A model generated the notes under the pieces. That model was not told where the DNA came from. It worked only from the letters and a program-made list of their open reading frames with translations, and made no database searches. From assembly GCA_046497275.1 (NCBI GenBank), contig JAWOFX010000052.1, positions 1 through 32,000 of the forward strand: a stretch of 32,000 nucleotides of DNA, written 5' to 3'. The stretch is from Promethearchaeia archaeon (GTDB lineage Archaea > Asgardarchaeota > Lokiarchaeia > Sigyniarchaeales > SOKP01). Numbering within the stretch: position 1 is the stretch's first letter; every line of letters begins with the position of its first letter. A program made the translations under genes and the position numbers. Of the stretch, positions 1 to 9,831 are shown piece after piece.

Positions 1-83
1 ATTCTCCTCTTCAATTTATTATTTTAAATTAAGATAATTATAAGTTTTTCATATAAATAATTGTTATCTTTTAGAATTTTAAG

Positions 84-875
84 CTAGTAATCAATAGTTT
101 GGGAGAATTTTTTCCGAAAATCTTCAATAAATTGGTCCTTATCTTCATGCTCATACCATGCAGAGGCTTCTTTTTCCAATTCATATGCTTCCTCATAAGA
201 TTTATCAAAAAAATGATTTGTGCATAATTTTATCGCATTTAAGACTGTCTGATTTTTAGTAGAAAGAAATCTTGCTTTTTCTAACGCCCTCTTCATTAAA
301 GTTTCTTTTGAATCAACTATTTCATCTATTAAATCTATCTGAAGAGCCTTCTTTGAATGAATCCTCTCCGACCACATGAGCATTCTTTTGGCCCAGTTTA
401 TACCCAATATTTTTGTAAATAAAATTGTGCATCCTGTCCCCGGAAAAATTCCAGAATGAATTTCGGGCATTTGGAAATAACTCTCTTGGGTTGCTAAGCG
501 GTAGTCACAACAGACCACAAAAACTACTCCCTCTCCCATCGTTCTTCCATTAACAGCACATATTGATGGTTTACCATTAAACAATAATTTACAGATATCG
601 GCAGCAGTTCCTTCCAACTCTTTTACAGCCTCATGATCACTTCCATCAATATAATCAAGATCCATTCCCGTGCTAAATGAATCCCCATTATTGCTAAGAA
701 TAACTCCACGAATTTTTTCCTCTTCTTGACAATATATAATAGCTTTTTTCAAATTTCTTAACTGATTAATTGTAAACGCATTGGATCGATGAGTTCTATT
801 TAAACAAATAATTCCAAATCGTTTTTTTACAGAAAATTCAATATAATCTCCAAAATCCAACTTTTCTGGTCTCAT
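84..875 (-). CDS. Enoyl-CoA hydratase/isomerase (crotonase) family protein
   Basis: Crotonase motifs: LNRTHRSNAF, FSTGMDL, ICAVNGRTMGEGV, FQMPEIHSGIFPG; 263 aa. Confidence 0.9.
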   Translation of the reverse strand: MRPEKLDFGDYIEFSVKKRFGIICLNRTHRSNAFTINQLRNLKKAIIYCQEEEKIRGVILSNNGDSFSTGMDLDYIDGSDHEAVKELEGTAADICKLLFNGKPSICAVNGRTMGEGVVFVVCCDYRLATQESYFQMPEIHSGIFPGTGCTILFTKILGINWAKRMLMWSERIHSKKALQIDLIDEIVDSKETLMKRALEKARFLSTKNQTVLNAIKLCTNHFFDKSYEEAYELEKEASAWYEHEDKDQFIEDFRKKFSQTIDY

Positions 876-970
876 AATATCTTATATAAAATTTTTTTAA
901 AAATTATTATAATATTAATACTCTAGTTAAATAATAGTGTTTAAATTAATTATTAAGATATTTTCTAAAT

Positions 971-3088
971 ATGACTCCTAAATCACTGGAATCTGCGAAT
1001 ATTCCTGTTACTAATGCTCTCTTAAGAAAAAAAGATTTAGTACCCTCAGATGATCTCAAACGTATATTTACTTCTATTAATAATCATTTTTATGGCAAAT
1101 TAAAAAAAATTGATACAGACACAAGGACTCGTTCAAAACAAATAATAAATCTCTTATTATGTAAATTAGTGGATGAATTAACCAAAAATTCTGAAGAGAT
1201 TTTAGACTTTCAGATAAAAACTGATGAAGATGCTAAGGATTTAGAAAAAAGAATTAAAAAGTATTTTCATAAAATGGTTACCTCCAACTATAAGACTATT
1301 TTTCGAGAAGATGAGTCTATTCATCTTAATTCGGATCTAATTTACATTGTAGTTAAAAAATTACAAGATATCTCTCTTACTCTTTCTTCTAAGGACATAT
1401 TTAAGGATGCTTTTGAGATTTTTGTAAGTAAGATTCTCAAGGATGAAGCGGGTCAATTTTTCACTCCCTCAAATATCGTTCATTTCATGATTGAATATTT
1501 AAATCCTTCTATCGATTCTAAGATATTAGATCCAGCATGTGGTCATGGAGGGTTTTTGCTCGCATCAGAAGAGTTTTTAAAGCAAAAAGCATCTGAAGAT
1601 AATGAAAAAGGGTCGTCTAATGAAGAATTTGGAGATAATATAGCAACTAATCTATATGGTATTGATAAAGATTTATTTCTTACAAAAATTTGTACATTAT
1701 ATCTACAAATTCTTGGAGGAAATAAACCAAACATATTCTGTGAAGATTCTTTGAGCCCAGATGATTATTCTCTTGATGTGAAAACTACTATAAAAAATGA
1801 GTTTTTCAATTGCATCGCAACCAATCCACCTTTTGGAACTAAAATTCCAATAGATAATCAAGATCTTTTAAAAAAGTATAAATTAGGTCATATTTGGAAA
1901 AATTACTACGAAAATCGTTGGAAAATAACCAAAAAAATAGCAAAACAACAACCACCCCAAATATTATTCATTGAAAGATGTGTTCAATTATTAGGTGATG
2001 GAGGGAAGCTTGGAATAGTATTGCCAGAAGGTATCTTTGGTAATCCTTCAGATCGCTATATCTGGGAATATTTAAAATCTAATGGAAAAATCTTAGCAAT
2101 AGTCTCTTTAGGGCAAGACACATTTCAACCTTATACTTGCAATAAAACAAGTATTTTGTTCTTTGAAAAATTAAACGTTATTCCGGAAGATTATTACATT
2201 CATTTCGCGGTTATTGAAAATGTAGGGCATGATAAAGATGGTAAAATTGTATATAAATTAAATAAGGATGGGACCCCAAAAATAGATTCGAATGGAAACT
2301 ATATAATTAATGATGATTTATCTAATTTAGCGAAAAAATTAATTCACGCCCAAGAATTCAACTTTTTAGAGAAACAGAACATTTTTAAATTGAAATTGAG
2401 TGAAATAAACAATAATATTTTTATCCCTAATTATTATCTTGGAATTGAGAAGAGACTCAAAAGACTTGAATCTGATCCTAACTATGATCTGATGACAATC
2501 CAGGAGTTAGTGGAAAATGGGATTATTTACACCAATAAAAATGGCTATATCCCTCGTGGAGATGAAATTGGTTCAAAAGTATATGGATTGGGTAATATTC
2601 CTTTTATACGGACAAGTGAGATTTCTGATTGGCAAGTGAATCTTGATTCCAATAAAAAGACGTCCAAAGAAGTGTATGAACAATATAAAGATAATCAAAA
2701 TATTGAAGTTGGAGATATACTTCTCGTAAAGGATGGTGGATCAAATTTAATTGGGAGAACGGCATATATCACAGAATTAGATACACAAATTATTATTCAG
2801 AGTCATATTTATCAAATTAAAGTATTGAAAAACGAGGAGAAAATAGATTCTTATCTCTTATTATTCTTATTAAATTTGGATATCGTTCAGAAGCAAATAG
2901 AGGCCATCACCTTCATTCAAGGTACCATTGCTACCATAGGTAATCGAATCATGGAACTTAAATTGCCTATACCCAAAGATATGAACAAAAGAAAACAAAT
3001 TTCTAATACTATAAGAGAAATTATTCAAAATAAAGTAATCTTACGGAAAAAAATTCACTCCCTCTCACTTGATTCATTTTTTTCTTAA
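971..3088 (+). CDS. N6-adenine DNA methyltransferase (HsdM-like) fused to one C-terminal target-recognition (HsdS-like) domain
   Basis: GQFFTPSNIV, ILDPACGHGGFL (SAM motif I), ATNPPFG (motif IV), GKLGIVLPEG; C-terminal TRD-like IPFIRTSEI...GDILLVKDGG...IGRTA...LKLPIP. Confidence 0.88.
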   Translation: MTPKSLESANIPVTNALLRKKDLVPSDDLKRIFTSINNHFYGKLKKIDTDTRTRSKQIINLLLCKLVDELTKNSEEILDFQIKTDEDAKDLEKRIKKYFHKMVTSNYKTIFREDESIHLNSDLIYIVVKKLQDISLTLSSKDIFKDAFEIFVSKILKDEAGQFFTPSNIVHFMIEYLNPSIDSKILDPACGHGGFLLASEEFLKQKASEDNEKGSSNEEFGDNIATNLYGIDKDLFLTKICTLYLQILGGNKPNIFCEDSLSPDDYSLDVKTTIKNEFFNCIATNPPFGTKIPIDNQDLLKKYKLGHIWKNYYENRWKITKKIAKQQPPQILFIERCVQLLGDGGKLGIVLPEGIFGNPSDRYIWEYLKSNGKILAIVSLGQDTFQPYTCNKTSILFFEKLNVIPEDYYIHFAVIENVGHDKDGKIVYKLNKDGTPKIDSNGNYIINDDLSNLAKKLIHAQEFNFLEKQNIFKLKLSEINNNIFIPNYYLGIEKRLKRLESDPNYDLMTIQELVENGIIYTNKNGYIPRGDEIGSKVYGLGNIPFIRTSEISDWQVNLDSNKKTSKEVYEQYKDNQNIEVGDILLVKDGGSNLIGRTAYITELDTQIIIQSHIYQIKVLKNEEKIDSYLLLFLLNLDIVQKQIEAITFIQGTIATIGNRIMELKLPIPKDMNKRKQISNTIREIIQNKVILRKKIHSLSLDSFFS

Positions 3089-3185
3089 AATTTCTCATTA
3101 TAAGTTAGACATTTCTTAAGATTAAAATTTTAAATATTCAGACTGAATAATATTAATAATATTCCAATTAATTTTAATCAAAAAA

Positions 3186-4982
3186 ATGACTCACGAAGAA
3201 AGATCAGATGACTATATAGATCAACCATGGATGGAAAATTGGCCTGAAGAGGTACCAAGGCATATCGATTATCCTGAGATTTCTCTTGGAGAATTTATAG
3301 GACAAACAGCCGAACAATATCCAGATTCTCAAGCGATTTGGTTTGAAGGATGGCGATGTACTTATAAAGAGCTTAACCAGATGATCAACCAATTCACCAC
3401 CACACTATCCAAAATGGGAATAAAAAAGGGTGATGTAATTGCGATTGATTTACCGAATACTCCGCAATTTATCATCGCATTTTATGGGATTTGTCGAATT
3501 GGTGCGGTTGCCAACCCTATAATCCCATTAAATAGATTCGTAGAAATAGTTCATCAAATAAATGATTCAAAAGCAAAAGTCTTACTAATCCTCGATTCTC
3601 TTTACGAAGAACATTTACATGGAAAAGATCTCAGCAAAATGCCAACCTTAGAAACTATTATTATGACAGGATTAGCAGAATATCTTCCTAAAATTAAAGC
3701 CGTTCTAGGTAAACTCCTTGGTAAGATCCCATATATGAAAAAGTGGCCAACTCAAGTAGGAGATATTAAATTTTTGGAACTTCAGCACCTTTTAGAGAAA
3801 GGAACACCATTAGATGTTCCAGAAGTGAATATTGATGCTAAAAATGATACTGCTGTTCTGATTTATACAGGGGGAACCACAGGAGTTCCAAAAGGAGTTA
3901 AAACTTCACACTATAATCTAGTGGTTAACGCAATTCAAGCAAATGAATGGAGTCAAACACAATTACCGGAGCTAAAAGAAACTCTGGGAAATGGAGGGAT
4001 GTTTATTGTTCTCCCGTTGGCTCACTCTTTTGCACTTTCAATTGGAATGAATATTGCCGTTAGTAATGGATATAAAATGATTTTATTTCCTCAACCCCCC
4101 ACTCCAATTTCCAAAATGTTAAATGTTATAAAGAAGGAAGGTGCCACTTTTGGGCCGGGAGTACCAACTTTATGGAACAAAATTAATCTTGATCCAAAAT
4201 CAGAAAAATATAGAGGTGAGTTAGATTCATTAGTGGCGTGTTTAAGTGGGGCTTCCGCTCTACCATTGGAAGTGAAGCAAGAATTTGAGGCAATTACCGG
4301 TTCTAGAATCATTGAAGGATATGGAATGTCTGAAACTTCTCCATTATTAACAGCTTCTCCTTTCCATAAATACAAAGAAAATACTGTTGGATTCCCTGTA
4401 AGCGACACTTATATAAAAATTGTTGATCCTGAAGAGGGGAACAAAATTTTACCTCAATGTCCAAAAGAAGATTGTTCCGAATGTGGAGTGGATGAAACCA
4501 AATATATTGGTGAGATTTGCGGAAGCGGATCCCAAGTAATGCTCGGCTATCTTAACAGACCAGAAGCGACAGAAAGAGCCTTAAGAAAGGATGAATACGG
4601 AAGAATTTGGTATTATACAGCAGATATTGGCTGTATCGACAAGGATGGATATCTAAGAATTAAAGATAGGAAAAGAGATATGATTAAGTATAAGGGACAC
4701 TCTGTATTTCCAAGAGAAGTTGAAGATCTTATCTATATGCATCCTGCAGTCAATGAAGTGGGTGTCGTTGGAGCTCCCGATCCTGAATCTGGACAAACAA
4801 TAAAGGCTTATATCTCCCTCAAGGAAGAATACCAAGGAAAAATTTCTGAAGAAGAGATGATGGAATGGTGTAAAGAAAACATCTCGCCCTATAAGTATCC
4901 GAGAATCATTGAAATCATTCCAGAATTACCTAAATCTGTGGTTGGAAAAATTCTACGTAGAGAATTACGAAAAGAAGAATAA
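3186..4982 (+). CDS. Long-chain fatty acid-CoA ligase (AMP-binding family), copy 1
   Basis: YTGGTTGVPKG, EGYGMSET, YYTADIG, DRKRDMIK, ELPKSVVGKILRR. Confidence 0.93.
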   Translation: MTHEERSDDYIDQPWMENWPEEVPRHIDYPEISLGEFIGQTAEQYPDSQAIWFEGWRCTYKELNQMINQFTTTLSKMGIKKGDVIAIDLPNTPQFIIAFYGICRIGAVANPIIPLNRFVEIVHQINDSKAKVLLILDSLYEEHLHGKDLSKMPTLETIIMTGLAEYLPKIKAVLGKLLGKIPYMKKWPTQVGDIKFLELQHLLEKGTPLDVPEVNIDAKNDTAVLIYTGGTTGVPKGVKTSHYNLVVNAIQANEWSQTQLPELKETLGNGGMFIVLPLAHSFALSIGMNIAVSNGYKMILFPQPPTPISKMLNVIKKEGATFGPGVPTLWNKINLDPKSEKYRGELDSLVACLSGASALPLEVKQEFEAITGSRIIEGYGMSETSPLLTASPFHKYKENTVGFPVSDTYIKIVDPEEGNKILPQCPKEDCSECGVDETKYIGEICGSGSQVMLGYLNRPEATERALRKDEYGRIWYYTADIGCIDKDGYLRIKDRKRDMIKYKGHSVFPREVEDLIYMHPAVNEVGVVGAPDPESGQTIKAYISLKEEYQGKISEEEMMEWCKENISPYKYPRIIEIIPELPKSVVGKILRRELRKEE

Positions 4983-5147
4983 AAAACCATCTTTAAAATC
5001 TTATTTTTTTATATTTTAAATTTTTTATCTCGTAATTCTATATATCTTTTAGAAATTATCTAATTGTCACCAGAAATTGAAAATATTATAATCTATAAAT
5101 AAAAATTTTTAATTCATTTTATTCCTATGATTCATTAATTCAATAAT

Positions 5148-5414
5148 ATGGTGAACTCATTGCCTGAGAAAGTACCTGATACAGAAGAAAATATGAATAT
5201 TTGTAAGCAGTTTTGTGGGCCATGTCCCACTTTTAAACCTAATAACTTAAATGAGGTGGAACCCCACGCACTATTTTGCGCCAGAGGGGCATCCGAGAAA
5301 CCTAAAGGAGAGATTAAAGATAATGGATGTAACTGTTTTAATTGTGGTGTATTCAAAAAGTATGGTTTAGAAGGAGGCTGGTTTTGTATTTATGGAATTG
5401 AAGGAAAAAAATAA
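5148..5414 (+). CDS. Small Cys-rich protein, DUF2769-like
   Basis: 88 aa with 8 Cys: CKQFCGPCP...LFCARG...GCNCFNC...WFCIYG, the pattern recalled for archaeal DUF2769. Confidence 0.75.
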   Translation: MVNSLPEKVPDTEENMNICKQFCGPCPTFKPNNLNEVEPHALFCARGASEKPKGEIKDNGCNCFNCGVFKKYGLEGGWFCIYGIEGKK

Positions 5415-5542
5415 TTTAAATTTTCACTTTTTTTTAGTTGTGCTTTTTTCTCCATTATTATTTCAATCAATTAATAACTAAGTATACTTTATTAATTTCC
5501 TTCCATTTTTTTTAGTTATAATCTTTAAAAGTGAAAATAAAA

Positions 5543-7336
5543 ATGTCAGAAGAAATTCCAAAACCGTGGTTAGAAAATTACCCAAAAGGAGTTCAACAAT
5601 CTTTAGAATATAGTTGGATGACCTTAGGAGAGATGTTTGATAATACAGTAGTTCAATTTCCAGATTCAGAAGCAATCTTTTTCGAGGGATGGAGATGTAC
5701 ATACTCTGAATTAAAGGAGATGATCGATAAATTCGCAACAGCACTCGCAAAGCTTGGTGTGGGAAAAGGTGACGTGGTAGCAGTTGATATTCCTAATATC
5801 CCGCAATTCGCCATTGCATATTATGCCACTGTAAAGTTAGGGGCAATAATAAACCCAATAATTCCATTGCATAAATTTGTTGAAATTGTATATCAAGTAA
5901 ATGATGCGGATAGTAAAGTCCTAATTATATTGGATGCCCTTTATGAGGGTTATCTACAAGGAAAAGATATAAGCAAAATGGATAAACTTGAACATATTAT
6001 CTTAACAAGTATAACAGAATACTTGCCAAAAATAAAAGCCGTTCTTGGAAAATTATTGAATAAAGTTCCATATATGAAAGAAAAATTATGGCCAGAGAAA
6101 GTTGGCGATATCCAATTCCATAAATTTCAGGAATTATTAGAATCTGGAACCCCTCCAAATGTTCCCAAAGTTAAAATAAATCCGAAGGAAGATGTAGGAA
6201 CATTAATTTATACTGGAGGTACTACTGGAGTACCTAAAGGGGTAAAATTATCACATGCTAACTTAATATGTAATGCTGAACAAGCAGTAGAATGGTTATA
6301 TGCTCAAGTACCAAAAACAAAGGAACTAAGAGGAAAAGGTGGTTCTGGATGTGTTATTCCATTTGGACATGTATTTGGTTTATCTACTGCAATGAATTTA
6401 GGTGTGTTTTCCGGATATAAATTGATTATGTTTCCGGCTCCTCCAGAAAAACGCTCGGATATTTTAAAACTCTTAATGAAGGAAGATGGTGTCTATATGC
6501 CTGCTGTCCCTACACTCTATAATCAGATCAATCAAGATGAAGACTCTGAAAAATATAAAGGAAAATTCGAAGCATTGGCAGCATGTTTGAGCGGTGGATC
6601 TTCACTTCCCCCCGAAGTAAAACGCAAATTTGAAGAATTAACGGGAGCTTTAATCATTGAGGGCTATGGAGCAAGTGAAACATCCCCAATTGTGACTGGA
6701 AATCTTTTTGATGTGGAAAAATATAAAATCGGTTCTCCTGGACTTCCTGTTTCTGACACATTGATTAAAATTGTTGATGTTGATGAAGGGACGAGAATGT
6801 TACCCATATGCCCTAAAACTAATTGTGATGATTGTGAACCAGAAGAAGCGGAAAAATATATCGGAGAACTATGTGTATGCGGTCCACAGATAATGCTTGG
6901 TTATTACGGTAAACAAAAAGCTACGGAAAGAGCTTTAAGAAAAGATTCTAAAGGTCGAATATGGTATTATACTTCCGATATCGCGTGTATTGATGCAAAA
7001 GGCTTTTTACATATTAAAGATCGAAAACGAGATATGATTAAATATAAGGGCCACGGAGTCTTTCCAGCTGAAGTTGAGAATCTTATTTATCAAAATCCAG
7101 CAGTGAATGAAGTAGGTGTTGTTGGCGCTCCTCATCCCTCTGGCGTCGGAGAAACAATAAAGGCATTCATTTCCATAAAACCAGAGTATAAAGGGAAGGT
7201 TACTGAGGAAGAGATGATGGAGTGGTGCAAAGAAAATATTTCGCCCTATAAATACCCACGAGAGATTCAATTCATCGAAGAATTACCAAAAACTCTAGTT
7301 GGAAAAATTAAACGTAGAGAACTTAAGGAAGAATAA
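5543..7336 (+). CDS. Long-chain fatty acid-CoA ligase, copy 2 (tandem paralogue)
   Basis: YTGGTTGVPKG, EGYGASET, YYTSDIA, ELPKTLVGKIKRR; collinear with copy 1; ATG 5543 preferred to GTG 5531 (uncertain). Confidence 0.93.
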   Translation: MSEEIPKPWLENYPKGVQQSLEYSWMTLGEMFDNTVVQFPDSEAIFFEGWRCTYSELKEMIDKFATALAKLGVGKGDVVAVDIPNIPQFAIAYYATVKLGAIINPIIPLHKFVEIVYQVNDADSKVLIILDALYEGYLQGKDISKMDKLEHIILTSITEYLPKIKAVLGKLLNKVPYMKEKLWPEKVGDIQFHKFQELLESGTPPNVPKVKINPKEDVGTLIYTGGTTGVPKGVKLSHANLICNAEQAVEWLYAQVPKTKELRGKGGSGCVIPFGHVFGLSTAMNLGVFSGYKLIMFPAPPEKRSDILKLLMKEDGVYMPAVPTLYNQINQDEDSEKYKGKFEALAACLSGGSSLPPEVKRKFEELTGALIIEGYGASETSPIVTGNLFDVEKYKIGSPGLPVSDTLIKIVDVDEGTRMLPICPKTNCDDCEPEEAEKYIGELCVCGPQIMLGYYGKQKATERALRKDSKGRIWYYTSDIACIDAKGFLHIKDRKRDMIKYKGHGVFPAEVENLIYQNPAVNEVGVVGAPHPSGVGETIKAFISIKPEYKGKVTEEEMMEWCKENISPYKYPREIQFIEELPKTLVGKIKRRELKEE

Positions 7337-7505
7337 GAAATAAGTCATTTCTCTCGTTTTTATTTTTTTAAAATTCTCTAAAATTTTTTTTATCATTTTT
7401 TCAAATTCATTATCAAATTGAGAAAATAAATCTTTTTTATTATTAGTGTTTCTCTGATTTAACTCATCTCTTAAATCTACATGAATTTAGAGAAAACGCC
7501 TTGAA

Positions 7506-8093
7506 TTAAAACTCAAGAGGAAAATTCAGATCAAGAGTATTAAATGCAAACCAATAAAAAATAATTATCCCGATTACAGTAATTATCACTATAAACCACA
7601 TAAATTTTTTTTTATTTAATATATTTTTAAATGCCTCTTCAGCTTCTTTCTCTCTCTCATCAGTTCCGGTGGGTTTCCAATCCTTTGATCCTCGATCCAT
7701 CCTTATCCCCATTCCTAGAGCAATGGATCCAAATAAATTATCGTGATCTTCTGATCCTATAATGCTTCCCTTCGAACTGGCTAAAATAAATAAAAATTCT
7801 GGGATAAGAACTATTAAAATATAAGGGATGTATGGACTAATAATAAAACTGCATATATACCCTCCTAAATAGAGATGATAATAGAAAGGATTCTTAATGA
7901 TAAATGCCAAAAATGCCCCACCTAAAAGTGTAAGAGAAACTGTAACTTCCACAAAAGTATTAATTATTTTTTGTATAGAAATTAGAAAATAGAAGAGAAA
8001 AAATATCAAATGAATAACGTTAAAAATTATAAAACTAAAATCAGTTTTGCTAAAAACTATGGATTCTTCTCGTTTATAGTCTTCTTCTGTCAT
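7506..8093 (-). CDS. Hypothetical multi-pass membrane protein
   Basis: 195-aa ORF with 4-5 hydrophobic segments; no family recognised. Confidence 0.6.
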   Translation of the reverse strand: MTEEDYKREESIVFSKTDFSFIIFNVIHLIFFLFYFLISIQKIINTFVEVTVSLTLLGGAFLAFIIKNPFYYHLYLGGYICSFIISPYIPYILIVLIPEFLFILASSKGSIIGSEDHDNLFGSIALGMGIRMDRGSKDWKPTGTDEREKEAEEAFKNILNKKKFMWFIVIITVIGIIIFYWFAFNTLDLNFPLEF

Positions 8094-8243
8094 TATTAGT
8101 GATTTCCATTCCTATTAATCACTTTTTAATATATAAATCTTATTATAGATTTTTTCTTTGTAAATATAAGCATGTCTTAAGAGGGATTGCAAAGAAAATC
8201 GAACATTTTTTACAATATCATCAGTTAGGATTTAAAAGGGATT

Positions 8244-8528
8244 CTAAATATTGGTTTTTCTTTTAAAAGTTAAAAGATTAATCGCTCCCTCAGGACATCT
8301 ATGCCAACACACACTACATCCCCCACAAGAAACATTGGTTATAATAGTTACTGCTTTTCCATCACTATTAAAAGCTCTTATTTTTAATGGACAATATAAA
8401 ACACATGTTCCACATGATTTGCATTTCGATAAATCTGTTACAGCTCTAATAATAACTTGTGATAATTGTTTAATTTTATCTTGTAGAGGTTTGGACGCTT
8501 CTGGCATTAGTAGTGAACTTATTATCAA
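8244..8528 (-). CDS. 2[4Fe-4S] ferredoxin
   Basis: CKSCGTCVLYCP and CGGCSVCWHRCPEGAI; start may be ATG 8507. Confidence 0.88.
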   Translation of the reverse strand: MIISSLLMPEASKPLQDKIKQLSQVIIRAVTDLSKCKSCGTCVLYCPLKIRAFNSDGKAVTIITNVSCGGCSVCWHRCPEGAINLLTFKRKTNI

Positions 8529-8601
8529 ATATTTAGGATAAATTGAAAGAATGATAAAAAAAATATATTATATTAAATATACAATTGATTTTTAAAAACA
8601 T

Positions 8602-9642
8602 TTATGAAACTCGGGAGCAGATATCCTTAAATATTTTTTCCGCCTCTTTTGTATAACTTGTGATAATATCATCCACATCCAAAATATCATCGATTAAACC
8701 AGATGTCTGGCCAGCAGGGATTGCTCCGTTTTCTACATCGCCTTCTGTATAGACAATCATATAATGTTCTAAATCTTCAATATATTCATCCATCTCATAT
8801 GACATTTCCTGTGTTATTTTTTCTTGTTTTGATACCACTTCACCATGTTCCAAAGCATATTTATTCTTAAGCAATCGAATCGGACCAAATCCACCTGTGG
8901 TTAAAATCGTATCTCTTGCTGTGGCTGGAGGAATTAATTCTTTATAGTTTGGATGAAATTCACTTTGTTTAGATGCAATAAAGCGAGTTCCCATTGCTAT
9001 AGCATCAGCTCCCATAGCTAATCCAGATGCTAACCCTTGTGGGCTAGAATATCCTCCACAAGTAACCAGCATTTTTTCAGGATATTTCTTAGCTACTTGT
9101 TGGGTTAGAACTAAAGTGGAAATCCCCTCATAGGATTGATGTCCCCCCCCTTCAGTTCCAGTTGCAACTATTCCATCAACATTTGATTCTACACATTTAT
9201 CTGCAAGCCATAATGCTGGAGCAACATGAAAGTGATACATATCCGGGGCCTTATCCTTCCACATCGCACCTGCTTTACGTGGACTGCCAGCAGAAGTTAA
9301 CCCATAAATACATTGTTCTCTGAGTCTAGGATCTTTCTTTCTCCATTCTGGAATTTTCCTTAATAAGATTTTATGATCTGTCTGTACTCTTGCTGTACGG
9401 ACATTGAATCCAAATGGCTTATCGGTATGTTCAACCACGTAATCAAGTTGCTCTTTAAAATCTTTCACGGATCTCTTTCCCAACAATGTTGCATGACTCA
9501 ATACACCTAAACCTCCCGCTTCTGAAGTAGCAACTGTCAATTTAGTAGTATAAAAAGGTCCCATAGGAGCGCTAAGAATTGGATATTTGATTCCAAACTT
9601 TTCAGTTATTCGTGTTTTTAACATTTGTTTCTCACATTTCAT
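8602..9642 (-). CDS. Nitronate monooxygenase/FabK-family FMN-dependent oxidoreductase (probable enoyl-thioester reductase)
   Basis: KTRITEKFGIKYPILSAPM, AGGLGVL, GTEGGGH, AMGTRFIASKQSEFH; start may be ATG 9624. Confidence 0.85.
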   Translation of the reverse strand: MKCEKQMLKTRITEKFGIKYPILSAPMGPFYTTKLTVATSEAGGLGVLSHATLLGKRSVKDFKEQLDYVVEHTDKPFGFNVRTARVQTDHKILLRKIPEWRKKDPRLREQCIYGLTSAGSPRKAGAMWKDKAPDMYHFHVAPALWLADKCVESNVDGIVATGTEGGGHQSYEGISTLVLTQQVAKKYPEKMLVTCGGYSSPQGLASGLAMGADAIAMGTRFIASKQSEFHPNYKELIPPATARDTILTTGGFGPIRLLKNKYALEHGEVVSKQEKITQEMSYEMDEYIEDLEHYMIVYTEGDVENGAIPAGQTSGLIDDILDVDDIITSYTKEAEKIFKDICSRVS

Positions 9643-9831
9643 AATATTAGGATTATTATAAAAAATAATTCGATGTTTTCCCTAAAAAAGGTATCTATAT
9701 TAGATTGCTTTTAAAAATTTTACTAACCATATTTTCTATCTAATTTCTCTTTTTGACAAAGAAGTAAACAATTATAAAGATTTAGAACTAATTCAATTTC
9801 ATAACACAAATAAATTATTTATCTATAGGTA

